From an uncultured Syntrophomonas sp. (GTDB lineage: Bacteria; Bacillota; Syntrophomonadia; Syntrophomonadales; Syntrophomonadaceae): 32,000 bases of DNA. The stretch spans positions 65,178 through 97,177 of the forward strand of contig CAZEDT010000004.1 of NCBI GenBank assembly GCA_964510795.1, given 5' to 3'. The position numbers and the translations under genes were made by a program. Positions 8,426 through 18,469 of the stretch are shown here, in pieces. Each line of letters starts with the position of its first letter. Position 1 is the first letter of the stretch. The notes beneath the pieces were generated by a model. The model ran no database searches. It was not told the origin of the DNA and worked only from the letters and a program-made list of their open reading frames with translations.

Positions 8426-8533
8426 ATTATAGTTGCCTCCGCATCAGAGCTAACCTATACTTGATAAAATAACTTATAAAATTTGTGGGGCATTGATATA
8501 TGTTTTCTTGAATTAAAGACGGGAGGTAAAATT

Positions 8534-8872
8534 ATGAAAAAAATTGAGGCTGTTATTAGACCCTCTAAACTGGCAGAATTAAAAGCGGCTCTTGATATAC
8601 TGGGTATCCGGGGAATGACCGTCTATGATGTGAAAGGCAGGGGCTTGCAGCGCGAAAAAAAACAGTACTACCGAGGGCAAGAACATGCAGTTGACTTATT
8701 TCCCAGGGTTAAAGTAGAAATAGTATGCGAGGATATCTCGGTGGAAAATATCATATCTACCATTCTGACTGTTTGCAGAACCGGCCAGGTAGGCGACGGA
8801 AAGATATTTGTGTATCCGGTGGAAAAGGTACTGCGGATTAGCACCCGGGAAGAAGGCAGTGCCGCTCTGTAG
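8534..8872 (+). CDS. P-II family nitrogen regulatory protein
   Basis: MKKIEAVIRPSKLAELKAALDILGIRGMTVYDVKGRG ... VGDGKIFVYPVEKVLRISTREEGSAAL. RBS gggaggt just upstream; immediately follows amt. Confidence 0.95.
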   Translation: MKKIEAVIRPSKLAELKAALDILGIRGMTVYDVKGRGLQREKKQYYRGQEHAVDLFPRVKVEIVCEDISVENIISTILTVCRTGQVGDGKIFVYPVEKVLRISTREEGSAAL

Positions 8873-9020
8873 ACCAGTCCGAACGAAAAGACAGGGGATC
8901 TTTTGCTTGCTCCAAACCAAAAAAACCTTTCGGCGTTTAACTATCCAGCAAACAAAAAACAACTTAAGATTGGTAAATACCATATTGATCGTTAAGCAAA
9001 CAAGCAAACTACTCTACACG

Positions 9021-9060
9021 TGAAACAGCTCGTTCCTCATCTGGGAAACGAGCTGTTTCA
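9021..9060 (-). terminator. Hairpin downstream of glnA
   Basis: tgaaacagctcgtt (9021-9034) / aacgagctgtttca (9047-9060), perfect 14-nt arms. Confidence 0.6.
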
Positions 9061-9097
9061 GATTAATCGTAGATTTTGCTTGATCGTAGTGCCAATT

Positions 9098-10429
9098 TTA
9101 AAACTTTGTCAGGTATTGGCGCACTTCCCAAGGGCTTACTTGAACATTATAGTCTTGCCATTCTTCCATTTTGCCCTCTCTGAACTTCTCGTAAATATGT
9201 TCTCCCAGAGCCTCTTTGACTACCAGGTCTTTATCCAGTTCACACAGCGCTTCCAGCAGGCTGCCAGGCAGACTCTCAATACCCAGTTTTTTCCGGGTGG
9301 CTGAATCCATTTTGTAAATATTTGTATCTACTGGAGACGGCACCTCCATTCCTTTCGCAATTCCATCCAGCCCGGCTCGCAGCATTACCGCCATAGCCAG
9401 GTAGGGATTACAACTGGAATCGGGATTTCTAACCTCAACCCGCGTACTTAAACCTCTCTTGGCTGGTATTCTTAACAAACAACTGCGATTGGCTCCCGAC
9501 CAGGCAATATACACTGGTGCTTCATAACCAGGCACCAGCCTTTTGTATGAGTTTACCGTAGGGTTGGTTACAGCTGATAGTGCTTTAGCATGTTTCAGAA
9601 TGCCGGCCATATAATTGCGAGCCTTGTCACTGAGCTGATCCGCACTATTAGGATCCCAGAATATATTTTGGTCGTCTTTAAAAATAGATTGATGAATATG
9701 CATACCAGAGCCATTTATTCCGAATATGGGTTTGGGCATGAAAGAAGCATGCAGGCCATGGCGCTGGGCGATGGCGCGCACAGTTAATTTGAAGGTCATG
9801 ATAGCATCAGCTATGTGCAAGGCATCACCATATTTAAAATCTATTTCGTGCTGACCCGGAGCTGCTTCGTGATGAGAGGCTTCGATTTCGAAGCCCATTT
9901 CCTCCAGGGTGATGTCCATATCTCTGCGGATGTTTTCCCCCATGTCAATGGGGGCTAAGTCAAAGTAACCCGCATCATCCTGGGTCTGAGTAGTAGCCCG
10001 GCCATTTTCATCAGCCAGAAATAAGAAAAACTCTGCCTCCGGCCCCGCTTTCATGGTATATCCCATTGCCTCAGCTTCGCTTAGCACCCTCTTTAAATTG
10101 TTACGAGGACAACCGGCAAAGGGAGTTCCATCAGGATTATAGATATCACAGATTAAGCGCGCCACTTTACCATTGGATGATCTCCATGGAAAAATTACAA
10201 AGGTATCCAGATCTGGTATCAGGTACATATCTGATTCTGATATCTCAGCAAAACCATCGATAGATGAACCGTCAAACATGATCTCGCCTTCCAGGGCCTT
10301 CCCTAATTGGCTGACCGGGATGGCTATATTTTTCATAATTCCCTGTATATCAGTAAACTGCAAGCGAATGAACTTAACATCGTTGTCTTTTACCTTCTCC
10401 ATAATTTCGAATTTGCTTTTCTTAGTCAT
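9098..10429 (-). CDS. glnA: Type I glutamine synthetase (443 aa)
   Basis: [99 protein letters not shown]. Confidence 0.97.
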   Translation of the reverse strand: MTKKSKFEIMEKVKDNDVKFIRLQFTDIQGIMKNIAIPVSQLGKALEGEIMFDGSSIDGFAEISESDMYLIPDLDTFVIFPWRSSNGKVARLICDIYNPDGTPFAGCPRNNLKRVLSEAEAMGYTMKAGPEAEFFLFLADENGRATTQTQDDAGYFDLAPIDMGENIRRDMDITLEEMGFEIEASHHEAAPGQHEIDFKYGDALHIADAIMTFKLTVRAIAQRHGLHASFMPKPIFGINGSGMHIHQSIFKDDQNIFWDPNSADQLSDKARNYMAGILKHAKALSAVTNPTVNSYKRLVPGYEAPVYIAWSGANRSCLLRIPAKRGLSTRVEVRNPDSSCNPYLAMAVMLRAGLDGIAKGMEVPSPVDTNIYKMDSATRKKLGIESLPGSLLEALCELDKDLVVKEALGEHIYEKFREGKMEEWQDYNVQVSPWEVRQYLTKF

Positions 10430-10463
10430 TCTGATCTCTCCTTATTTTAAATTGGTTCGACTT

Positions 10464-11060
10464 CTAAGGATGGACTAATGTCGCGGTGCCATGGCTGACC
10501 AGGAGCGACTCCTCGGCAATAATAATGGCCCGAGCCAGATCCTTCATGGTTATCCCCCGATCCATGCTATCCTTTTGCATCAAGCGGTAAGCCTCATTTT
10601 CAGTAATTGCCAAATTAGTCATAATAATACCCTTGGCTTTTTCAATAATTTTGCGGCTATTTAGGTTTTCTTTAAGCCTATCTACCTCATTCTGGGCAGC
10701 AATTAATTTGCTTCTATAGAGCATACACACTTCAATTACTGATAATAACGTATCCTCTGTATAGGGTTTTTGAATCTGGACCAGATCTTCCAGATTTCTA
10801 TTATCGCTTTCTCCCTTCAGTACCAGAACCGTGCCGAGATTATCATCTAGCAGGATACCAGTTACCTCCATGGTACTGCCGCCTTCCAGGTTAGAATCCA
10901 GAATAACCAAGTCTGGCAATATAGTTCTGGCCTTCCGCAATAGATCCGGTACATTCCGAGCTTCTGCCTGTATGCAATATCCGGCCCTAATCAGACTTTC
11001 CCGCAATATTTTCCGGCTATTTACCTTGCTATCGGCAATAATTATTCGAGCTGTTGACAC
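10464..11060 (-). CDS. ANTAR-domain response regulator (NasT/AmiR-like)
   Basis: N-terminal receiver-like region, then LKENLNSRKIIEKAKGIIMTNLAITENEAYRLMQKDSMDRGITMKDLARAIIIAEE (ANTAR). GTG start. 34 nt upstream of glnA on the same strand. Confidence 0.9.
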   Translation of the reverse strand: MSTARIIIADSKVNSRKILRESLIRAGYCIQAEARNVPDLLRKARTILPDLVILDSNLEGGSTMEVTGILLDDNLGTVLVLKGESDNRNLEDLVQIQKPYTEDTLLSVIEVCMLYRSKLIAAQNEVDRLKENLNSRKIIEKAKGIIMTNLAITENEAYRLMQKDSMDRGITMKDLARAIIIAEESLLVSHGTATLVHP

Positions 11061-11425
11061 AATCCATCATCACCACCTCTAAAGAACAAATGTCCGAAGC
11101 CTAGCCGGTCTAAGAACTGACTGTAACTTCGGACATCTTCGCCCAATCATTATTATTTTAATAATTTGATTATATTTTTAAACAGAAATTTAGACAACCG
11201 CTTTGCCAGGGATATACTGTATACCTTGCTTTTAAGGGTAGTTTCGGCGCCGGCTACTAATCTTAAATTCCTAATATTCCAGCCTTTAGCAATTGTCAGC
11301 GGGGGAGCGCTGTTCCTTTCATAAGTATTGTTTGCGGGATAACTTATGGCTATATTTTTATATTATTACAAATAATGGTAAAATGAGGAAAAGAAGATCG
11401 AATACTAACAGAGGGGGAATGGGGA

Positions 11426-13366
11426 ATGGTCAACCGGGAACAGCTAAGAATGTGTACATTACCTGAGATGTTTAATGACTCGGTTATTAAGTTTGGGGAA
11501 AGGAGATGCCAGTGGTTTAAAGTTGCTCCAGGCTCTGCCGAAACAGAATCTTTAACCTATGCCCAGGTGGGAATGATTGTTCGCGATTTATCTGCCGGAC
11601 TTATTTCCCTGGGAATTAACAAAGGAGAAAGAATCGCCATAATGGCCAATAACTGTCCGCAATGGTTGTGGGCAGACTTTGCCACACTGAACAGTGGTGC
11701 TGTAACAGTTACTGTATACCCATCACTTTCAGTAACGGAAATGAAATACATTATAAATGATTCCGGCAGCAAGATTCTCTTCGTTCGTGATAATGAAGGT
11801 GTACAAAAGGCTCTGGCTGCCCTGGATGACCTGCCATCCCTGCAAACAGTTATTGTTATGGAAGACGACTGCCCGCTTCCTGATAATCCAGCCTTTTTAC
11901 ACCTAAGTTCGGTTAGACAGAGGGGGCGGGTTTATCTTTGGAGAAATCCTTACTGTTATGAGCAGGTATGTGATTCGATTAAGCTATGGGATATGGCCAG
12001 TATTATATACACCTCTGGAACTACCGGCAACCCCAAAGGAGCAGTACATACGCATTCGAGTTTTATGTATGCGGTACAGGCGGATAATAACACATTTGCC
12101 CGTAATGATTGTGGAATTGATGAATACGGGGTACTGATATCCTTCCTACCTCTTTCTCATACCTATGAAAGACAATGCGGACAGATGCAGTCAATCGATG
12201 TTGGCTGTACAATCGCCTATGCGGAGAAGCCTCAGACTATGATAATGGATTTACAGCTTTTCAGACCAACCTGGTTCTGTGCTGTACCCCGAATTTTTGA
12301 ACGAATATATATGGCTATACGGGGTTTGGCCTCATCAACGCCGGAGGGCAAGGCCGCTTTTGAAAAAGCTATGGACATTGGTTTGCAAGTAGTGGACTAC
12401 CATGCTGATGAAGATGGCTTTATTGATATGGGGATAGATGTGGATGTTACGGAAAACTTGCCGGAGGAACTTAAGCAAGAATACCAATGGGCAGACCAAT
12501 TTGTATTTAGTAAGGTAAGAGGTCTCCTGGGCGGAAACTTCCAATTTGCTTTTTCGGCTTCAGCTGGTCTGCCGGCCAAGCTTTGCAAAGCCCTTTTTGC
12601 AATGGGAATAAGGGTCTGTGAAGGCTACGGCTTAACCGAAACCATGAATGCCGTTAACTTAAACAATCTCCGGGCGGTTCTGCCCGGCTCGATGGGACCA
12701 AGCAATTATTATGTTGAAGAAAAAATTGCTGAAGATGGGGAATTATTGGTTAGAGGGGGAATGCTATTCCAGGGCTATTTCAACAACCCCGAAGCCACAG
12801 CCGCAGCCTTTGATGAGGACGGATTTTTCCACACCGGTGATATTGCTGCTACAGTCTATAATAAAAAGCTAGGCATTAATTACTATAAAATTATTGACCG
12901 CAAAAAGAGCATCATGTGTCTTGATACAGGTAAAAACGTTCCGAGGGCCAGGGTTGAAGAAAAATTTGCTACCGCCCATTATATAGAACAGATTTGTGTA
13001 GTCGGAGATGAGCGCAAGTTTGTAGCAGCTGTTGTCGTACCTAAGTTCGAGATGATAATACCGGCTCTAAAAGCACAAGGACTGGAAGTGGATGAAACCC
13101 AAATTATATGGGCCGGCGATGAAGGCAGCAAGGTGATCATTCAGGTCGGCGAAGAGGTGATTAGCAACCCGTTATTGCGGAACCTGATTGACCAGGATGT
13201 AGCAGAGGCCAACAGTGAACTTGAGGATTATGAGCTGATTAAGAAGTACCATATTTCCAAACGCAGGTTCATTGAAGCCATGGATGAGATTACTCCTACC
13301 TTGAAGAATAAATACCGGAATATTATTAAGAACTACTCTGATGAAATAGAGGAATTATATAAATAG
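11426..13366 (+). CDS. Long-chain-type AMP-binding acyl-CoA ligase (646 aa)
   Basis: SIIYTSGTTGNPKGAVHTHSS, SFLPLSHTYERQCGQ, GYGLTETMNAV, GFFHTGDIAA, IIDRKKSIMCLDTGKNVPRARVEE. Confidence 0.93.
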   Translation: MVNREQLRMCTLPEMFNDSVIKFGERRCQWFKVAPGSAETESLTYAQVGMIVRDLSAGLISLGINKGERIAIMANNCPQWLWADFATLNSGAVTVTVYPSLSVTEMKYIINDSGSKILFVRDNEGVQKALAALDDLPSLQTVIVMEDDCPLPDNPAFLHLSSVRQRGRVYLWRNPYCYEQVCDSIKLWDMASIIYTSGTTGNPKGAVHTHSSFMYAVQADNNTFARNDCGIDEYGVLISFLPLSHTYERQCGQMQSIDVGCTIAYAEKPQTMIMDLQLFRPTWFCAVPRIFERIYMAIRGLASSTPEGKAAFEKAMDIGLQVVDYHADEDGFIDMGIDVDVTENLPEELKQEYQWADQFVFSKVRGLLGGNFQFAFSASAGLPAKLCKALFAMGIRVCEGYGLTETMNAVNLNNLRAVLPGSMGPSNYYVEEKIAEDGELLVRGGMLFQGYFNNPEATAAAFDEDGFFHTGDIAATVYNKKLGINYYKIIDRKKSIMCLDTGKNVPRARVEEKFATAHYIEQICVVGDERKFVAAVVVPKFEMIIPALKAQGLEVDETQIIWAGDEGSKVIIQVGEEVISNPLLRNLIDQDVAEANSELEDYELIKKYHISKRRFIEAMDEITPTLKNKYRNIIKNYSDEIEELYK

Positions 13367-13468
13367 GTTTTTATTAAAGGTGTTCCCTCTGTTCAGTATT
13401 TTATTTAATAGATAAGCAGCCAGATCACCTAAATAGCTCAATCTATTGACCAGGATTAAGCAGCCTCA

Positions 13469-13527
13469 AAAAAGGGCGTTGAAAGCATTCTAAATGTTAC
13501 TGCAGAGATGCTCCTAACGCCCTTTTT
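13469..13527. terminator. Bidirectional terminator between convergent genes
   Basis: aaaaagggcgtt (13469-13480) / aacgccctttttt-side arm (13516-13527), with inner agcat/atgct. Confidence 0.85.
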
Positions 13528-13555
13528 ATCTTACTTTCCTGGAATAATGTGAAAA

Positions 13556-15160
13556 TCAAACTCGCTCATCAGGCTGTCGGTAGTCCAGTTTTTTGTCACC
13601 AATCCCGTCCCCTTGGCTCTTGCGCCCGTAGATAACTCCTAGCTTTTTCATTTTATTTCTCAGGGTACTCGGGTTGATCCCCATCAACTCGGCCGCTCCT
13701 CCCTCACCATGGATCTTACCCCTGGTAATCTTTAAAACCTGTTGGATGTGCCTGGACATAACCTCATCCAGTAAAAGCGGGCCGATTTCCTTATCAACCG
13801 GGTTGGCGGCTGGCTTTTTTTGACTGGGCAGGCCAATATTCTCAAGACTTAAGGGTCCGCACTGGTTCAAAATAAGAGCCCGTTCAATAACATTGGCTAA
13901 TTCGCGTACATTGCCCGGCCAGTCGTAACTGACCAGCAGGTCAATGGCGCCGGGGGCCAGCGTTGGGGGCGGATATATTCTCAGTTCCCGTGCTTTACGA
14001 GCAATATAATGATCAATCAGAACAGGAATATCCTCTCTTCTTTCTCTTAAGGGAGGGATGTCGATCGGAAATACGTTAAGCCTGAACCATAGGTCCTCGC
14101 GGAACTTGGCTTCTAAAACCATATTTTTCAGGTCACGGTGAGTAGCCGCAACAATTCTTATATTCACAGGAATAACCCTCGACCCGCCCACCCGTTCGAT
14201 TACTTTTTCCTGTATTACTCTGAGTAACTTGACTTGTGCCTGCAGGGAGAGTTCTCCTATCTCGTCAAGAAAGATGGTCCCATTGTCAGCACGCTCAAAG
14301 TATCCGCGTGTTTGCGACAGAGCTCCTGAATAGGCTCCCTTTTCGTGTCCGAATAATTCACTCTCAATAAGAGACTCTGGAATGGCGCCGCAGTTGATCT
14401 TGATAAACGGACCGTTTCTTCTGAGAGATAAGGAGTGAATGGCATTGGCGATCAAATCTTTCCCTACCCCGGTCTCACCCAAGAGAAGTACCGGGCTATC
14501 CAGCGGTGCTACCTGCATTACCATCTGCATGACACCCTTAAGACCAAGATGCTCTCCCACTATTTCATGGCCAGTCATGTCTTGGAGCTCATCCTTGAGA
14601 TATTGGTTATTATCAGCCAGTATCTCATTTAGTCTTACGACCTCACGGTGCTCAAGAGCAACCTTCAAAGCCACCACAAAGGGAGTCCCTAACAAGGTAA
14701 ACAAGGCCGCCTGTTCTTTGGTATAACCTTCCGCTCCTTCTGCAACCAGTACCAGACTCCCCATTATTTGTTCCTGCGATACCAGACGCATGACCAGCAA
14801 TGAGGTTGCCTTTATATCCTGATAACGGAGCATGTGTTTGGCTATCCAGCTCGTTTCCGGATAGTCTATGATCATGGCCTCATTCCACCTGGTTTGGCGT
14901 GACTGGATAAGTTCGTCCCTGGCTTGATCGGATAAAGGAACGACTATGTCCAATTTTTTCCCGCCCGATGCAGAAGCAGCTGCAATAATGCGCATCGCTT
15001 GAATATCCGGTTCGTAGAGCTGCAGGTATATCCTGTCAGCAGGTATCTGGTTTTCTTGCAGAAAACTCAGACACGAAAACATGGACTGTTCTATCTCCAA
15101 ATAGCTGCATATCCGTAATGTTGCCTCCGAGAAAAACTCATTATTATCCATCTTCATCAT
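13556..15160 (-). CDS. Sigma54-dependent transcriptional activator (GAF-like sensor, AAA+, Fis-type HTH)
   Basis: LLLGETGVGKDLIANAIHSLS, ESELFGHEKGAYSGA, GTIFLDEIGELSLQAQVKLLRV, FREDLWFRLNVFPI, YDWPGNVRELANVIERALIL, C-terminal GGAAELMGINPSTLRNKMKKLG. Confidence 0.95.
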   Translation of the reverse strand: MMKMDNNEFFSEATLRICSYLEIEQSMFSCLSFLQENQIPADRIYLQLYEPDIQAMRIIAAASASGGKKLDIVVPLSDQARDELIQSRQTRWNEAMIIDYPETSWIAKHMLRYQDIKATSLLVMRLVSQEQIMGSLVLVAEGAEGYTKEQAALFTLLGTPFVVALKVALEHREVVRLNEILADNNQYLKDELQDMTGHEIVGEHLGLKGVMQMVMQVAPLDSPVLLLGETGVGKDLIANAIHSLSLRRNGPFIKINCGAIPESLIESELFGHEKGAYSGALSQTRGYFERADNGTIFLDEIGELSLQAQVKLLRVIQEKVIERVGGSRVIPVNIRIVAATHRDLKNMVLEAKFREDLWFRLNVFPIDIPPLRERREDIPVLIDHYIARKARELRIYPPPTLAPGAIDLLVSYDWPGNVRELANVIERALILNQCGPLSLENIGLPSQKKPAANPVDKEIGPLLLDEVMSRHIQQVLKITRGKIHGEGGAAELMGINPSTLRNKMKKLGVIYGRKSQGDGIGDKKLDYRQPDERV

Positions 15161-15312
15161 CCTATAATCCTCATATTCAATAATTCGATTAAGAAGGAGC
15201 TATTAGGGATTAATTTTGACGCATAGGCCTGCAACTGGGAGCTCAAGGATACCTCCATCCGGTTCTAATGGTTTGTACTAATTGATATACGAACTGCTAC
15301 CTATTCAAATCG

Positions 15313-15353
15313 CCGTATATCACAAAATATATACCCAATCGTGATATATGGCA
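15313..15353. promoter_or_regulatory. Candidate enhancer/activator binding site (inverted repeat)
   Basis: gccgtatatcac (15313-15324) and gtgatatatggc (15342-15353); 12-nt arms with one mismatch, 17-nt spacer, in the divergent intergenic region. Confidence 0.6.
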
Positions 15354-15426
15354 AGCAAATCATCATAATTGGCAATCTGACCTCCGGGAAGTTCTAAAGA
15401 TACCGGTTTGTCGGGCAGGATATGGC

Positions 15427-15442
15427 TGGCATAATACTTGCT
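15427..15442 (+). promoter_or_regulatory. Sigma54 (-24/-12) promoter for the ubiD operon
   Basis: TGGCATAATACTTGCT; GG and GC elements separated by 10 nt, fits TGGCAC-N5-TTGCW with one mismatch. Confidence 0.85.
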
Positions 15443-15532
15443 CTTAAGAATGGTAAATCAGAAAGGGGGCTCCGGCCAGGCAAATAGTCTTAATTCAGGC
15501 TTACCAATAATATTTTAAGGAGGTTGCAGTTT

Positions 15533-16927
15533 ATGAAAACCAACTGGAAAGACATGCGGGAGTTTATCGATTTTCTTGATACCAAGGGTCAGATCCGCCA
15601 CGTTACAGAAGAAATTGATCCCGATTGGGAAGTTAACTACATTACCAGAACTACCTTACAAAAACTGGGTCCATGCGTGATATTCGACAATATTAAGGGT
15701 GCCAAATACCCACTGGTTACCGGTTTATTAGCTGAAGACAAGCGGTTTCTGTGGGCACTGGGCCTGGATAATTGGAGCGATTTCAATGAATCATGGGCCG
15801 AGAGAACTCAGAACCTGATACCTCCCAAAATTGTTACCGAAGCACCGTGTCAAGAAGAGGAAATCCTGGAAGCTGATATTGACTTAAATGAAATATGCAA
15901 CGTCAAATGGCATCAGAAGGATAAGAGTGCTTTCCCGGGAACGCTGCTTATCTCAGTTACCAAAGACCCGCATACTGGCGTGCAGAACTCCGGTATCTAT
16001 AGGATGGGGATACAGGAAAAAAACAAGCTGGGTTGGGGAGCACCCCTATCTACCCATGGTCGTATGCACCTTACTGCCTGGGAGAAAACCGGCCAGCCCA
16101 TGCCGATTGCTTTGGTTTGCGGAGTTGATCCTATCATTGAAATGATGGGAGGAGTAGGAACATCACCCGGTATTGACGAGTACTATCTGGCTGGTGGATT
16201 GCGCGGGGAAGCAGTAGAAATGGTCAAATGCAAGACCATTGATATGTTAGTGCCAGCCACGGCTGAATGGGTAATGGAGGGCTATATTTATCCGAATTCC
16301 CTGGAACTGGAGAAGACTGAATGGTTCGGAGAATATACTGGACATTATGGCGAGGCAGCCGTATTGCCGATGGTTGTGATTAAACATATTACCCACCGCA
16401 AAAACCCTATTTTCCACGGAACCCGTGAGCAATGGTATCCTTCAGAAAGCCACTATGTAGTAGGCAGAACCCATCAGGCTGAGACGTACAAGATTGTTAA
16501 AAAGCTGGTTCCGGGAATCCTGGACATGAGGTGTAACCCCGCTTATGAATGTATCGTCAAGATTGACAAGCTATATAAGGGTCATCCTCAACGGGTCATG
16601 AATGCCGTCTGGGGATCAAGTCGTGGACCATACAAACATGTAATTGTAGTTGACAAAGATATCGATATTTGGAACTACGAGATGGTTCATTGGGCCATGT
16701 CTACCCGAGTGAAGGCAGACCGTGATGTCACCATTCTCCCCAGAATACCTGGACAGTGGCTTGATCCCTCCAGTGCCTTCAAAGAAAGACAGTATCAGGC
16801 CGGGCTGGGTATTGACGCTACCATGCCGAATGAAGAATATGATCGCTGCGGCGATAAAGTCCCCAGTCTGGTAGACGACCCAGAGATTATGGCCAAAGGA
16901 AAGGCTAAATGGGGCGATACCTTCTAA
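15533..16927 (+). CDS. UbiD family (prenyl-FMN-dependent) decarboxylase
   Basis: LREFIDFLDTKGQIRHV-type N-terminus, PKIVTEAPCQEEE, GMGIQEKNK..., GVDPIIEMMGG, PATAEWVMEGYI, EWFGEYTGHYGE, TILPRIPGQWLDPSS. ATG at 15533 has RBS aaggaggt; the 15524 start in the track is a TTG inside the RBS. Confidence 0.95.
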   Translation: MKTNWKDMREFIDFLDTKGQIRHVTEEIDPDWEVNYITRTTLQKLGPCVIFDNIKGAKYPLVTGLLAEDKRFLWALGLDNWSDFNESWAERTQNLIPPKIVTEAPCQEEEILEADIDLNEICNVKWHQKDKSAFPGTLLISVTKDPHTGVQNSGIYRMGIQEKNKLGWGAPLSTHGRMHLTAWEKTGQPMPIALVCGVDPIIEMMGGVGTSPGIDEYYLAGGLRGEAVEMVKCKTIDMLVPATAEWVMEGYIYPNSLELEKTEWFGEYTGHYGEAAVLPMVVIKHITHRKNPIFHGTREQWYPSESHYVVGRTHQAETYKIVKKLVPGILDMRCNPAYECIVKIDKLYKGHPQRVMNAVWGSSRGPYKHVIVVDKDIDIWNYEMVHWAMSTRVKADRDVTILPRIPGQWLDPSSAFKERQYQAGLGIDATMPNEEYDRCGDKVPSLVDDPEIMAKGKAKWGDTF

Positions 16928-16990
16928 GCACCGGGGTGATCAGGTAAAAAGCAGATCCCCGGTTGGCTGGGATGGATTACTGACAAACTG

Positions 16991-17027
16991 GATTCCCCGC
17001 TTTCCCCTGGCGGATAAGCGGGGAATC
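16991..17027 (+). other. Intercistronic stem-loop between ubiD and the MFS gene
   Basis: gattccccgctt (16991-17002) / aagcggggaatc (17016-17027), perfect 12-nt arms, no T run. Confidence 0.7.
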
Positions 17028-17054
17028 CTCTATCCATAAAGGAGGATTGACCAA

Positions 17055-18299
17055 ATGAAACTTAAAGGCAAGGTACAGGCTCTTATCGGTGCCTCAGTGC
17101 TCTCCTGGTTGTATGGCAGTCTAATCTTCGGGCTGCTGGGGAGACTGGCGCCCATCTGGATGGAAAGGTTTCAGGTAGGGAAGGGTGCCATCGGTTTGTT
17201 AATGACCATCGCCCTTCTAGCTATGGGAGTAACCATGTATTATGCTGGAAAATTGGCTGATGAGAAGGGTACCAAGCTATCACTTACAATCGGTGTTTTG
17301 TTGACCGCCGCGGCTCTGCTGGGTATGGCTTATGTGCAAAACCTTTATACGCTTTACGCTTGCGGGATTATCCTGGGGGTCAGCGGGAGTCTGGAGTTTG
17401 GTACTGGTTTAGCCTGTGTTCAACGCTGGTGGCCGGAGAAAAGCGGCCTGGTATCAGGAATATTCAACCTCTGCTTTGGTGCGTCGGCTGCAGTAATGGT
17501 ACCCATTTATCATTACCTGTTGCAAAGTCAGGGATATTATCATGCTCTTATTTCGATAACTTTGCTCGTTGTGGTGATCGGATTAATTTTCGCTCAGCTT
17601 ACTGCCTCTCCAGATGAGACAACCGCTGGAGCGAAACCCGGTCAGATCATGCCATCATCCCCGGACGGAGAAGAACCATCATTTTTTACCGTTAAGGAAG
17701 CCTTGCAGACGTCAACATTTTGGTTGATATGGGCCATTTGGGCACTATCAGGTACGGCCGGAATTGGACTGGTGATGCTGGCCCTGCCTCTCTCACAGGA
17801 TATTGGTCTTACCTTGGCTCAAGGCAGCCTCTTGCTGGTTACCTTCAATGCTGTAAATGGCTTGATTCGGATGGTTGTAGGCCCGCTGGCAGATAAAATT
17901 GGTGGCAAGGCCATTATGGCACCGATTTTCACAGTTGGAGCTATCGCCTGTTTCCTGCTTACCCGGGCAGAAAGCTTCGGTGCTGCCGCTATCTATCTGG
18001 CCCTTATCGGAGGCACGCTGGGAACAGTATTTACCGTTACCCCGGTATTGGTCAGGCAGTATTTTGGTTTAAAAAATTTTGGCGCTATATTTGGTTTAAT
18101 ATTTACTTCCTACTGTTTCTTCTCGGCCCTGGCCGGTCCATTTTTAGGAGGCGTAGTAAGGGATCTCACTGGTAACTTTACCGCTACCGCCATATATTTT
18201 GGCGTTTTTCTAGCCATCTCAGTCGCTCTGGTAGTTAAGTTGACTCCACCCCAACAGCCGGTAACTGTTAACTCAGACAGCCTTGATTCCTCCATCTAA
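17055..18299 (+). CDS. MFS transporter, oxalate/formate antiporter (OFA)-like
   Basis: 12-TM-like hydrophobic pattern; LYACGIILGVSGSLEFGTGLACVQRWWPEKSGLVSGIFNLCFGASAAVMVPI, SPDGEEPSFFTVKEALQTSTFWLIWAIWALSGTAGIGLV. RBS aaaggagg. Confidence 0.85.
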   Translation: MKLKGKVQALIGASVLSWLYGSLIFGLLGRLAPIWMERFQVGKGAIGLLMTIALLAMGVTMYYAGKLADEKGTKLSLTIGVLLTAAALLGMAYVQNLYTLYACGIILGVSGSLEFGTGLACVQRWWPEKSGLVSGIFNLCFGASAAVMVPIYHYLLQSQGYYHALISITLLVVVIGLIFAQLTASPDETTAGAKPGQIMPSSPDGEEPSFFTVKEALQTSTFWLIWAIWALSGTAGIGLVMLALPLSQDIGLTLAQGSLLLVTFNAVNGLIRMVVGPLADKIGGKAIMAPIFTVGAIACFLLTRAESFGAAAIYLALIGGTLGTVFTVTPVLVRQYFGLKNFGAIFGLIFTSYCFFSALAGPFLGGVVRDLTGNFTATAIYFGVFLAISVALVVKLTPPQQPVTVNSDSLDSSI

Positions 18300-18469
18300 T
18301 TAAACCTGCCAGGCAGGCAGATAGTAAGCATTCGTGGATTCAGGATAAATGAATTCCTATATTGACTCCCATTTTCGCAAACAGTCCAGGCTGAACTAGA
18401 GTTAGCAAGCAACCAATGTTTTTAAACCAGACCAACCAAGCAGATATTATTGAAGAGGGGGTTGAAGTT

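Noticed and set aside
14257-14726. Overlapping plus-strand ORFs inside the sigma54 activator gene
   Set aside because: Antisense to the AAA+ domain; no independent support.
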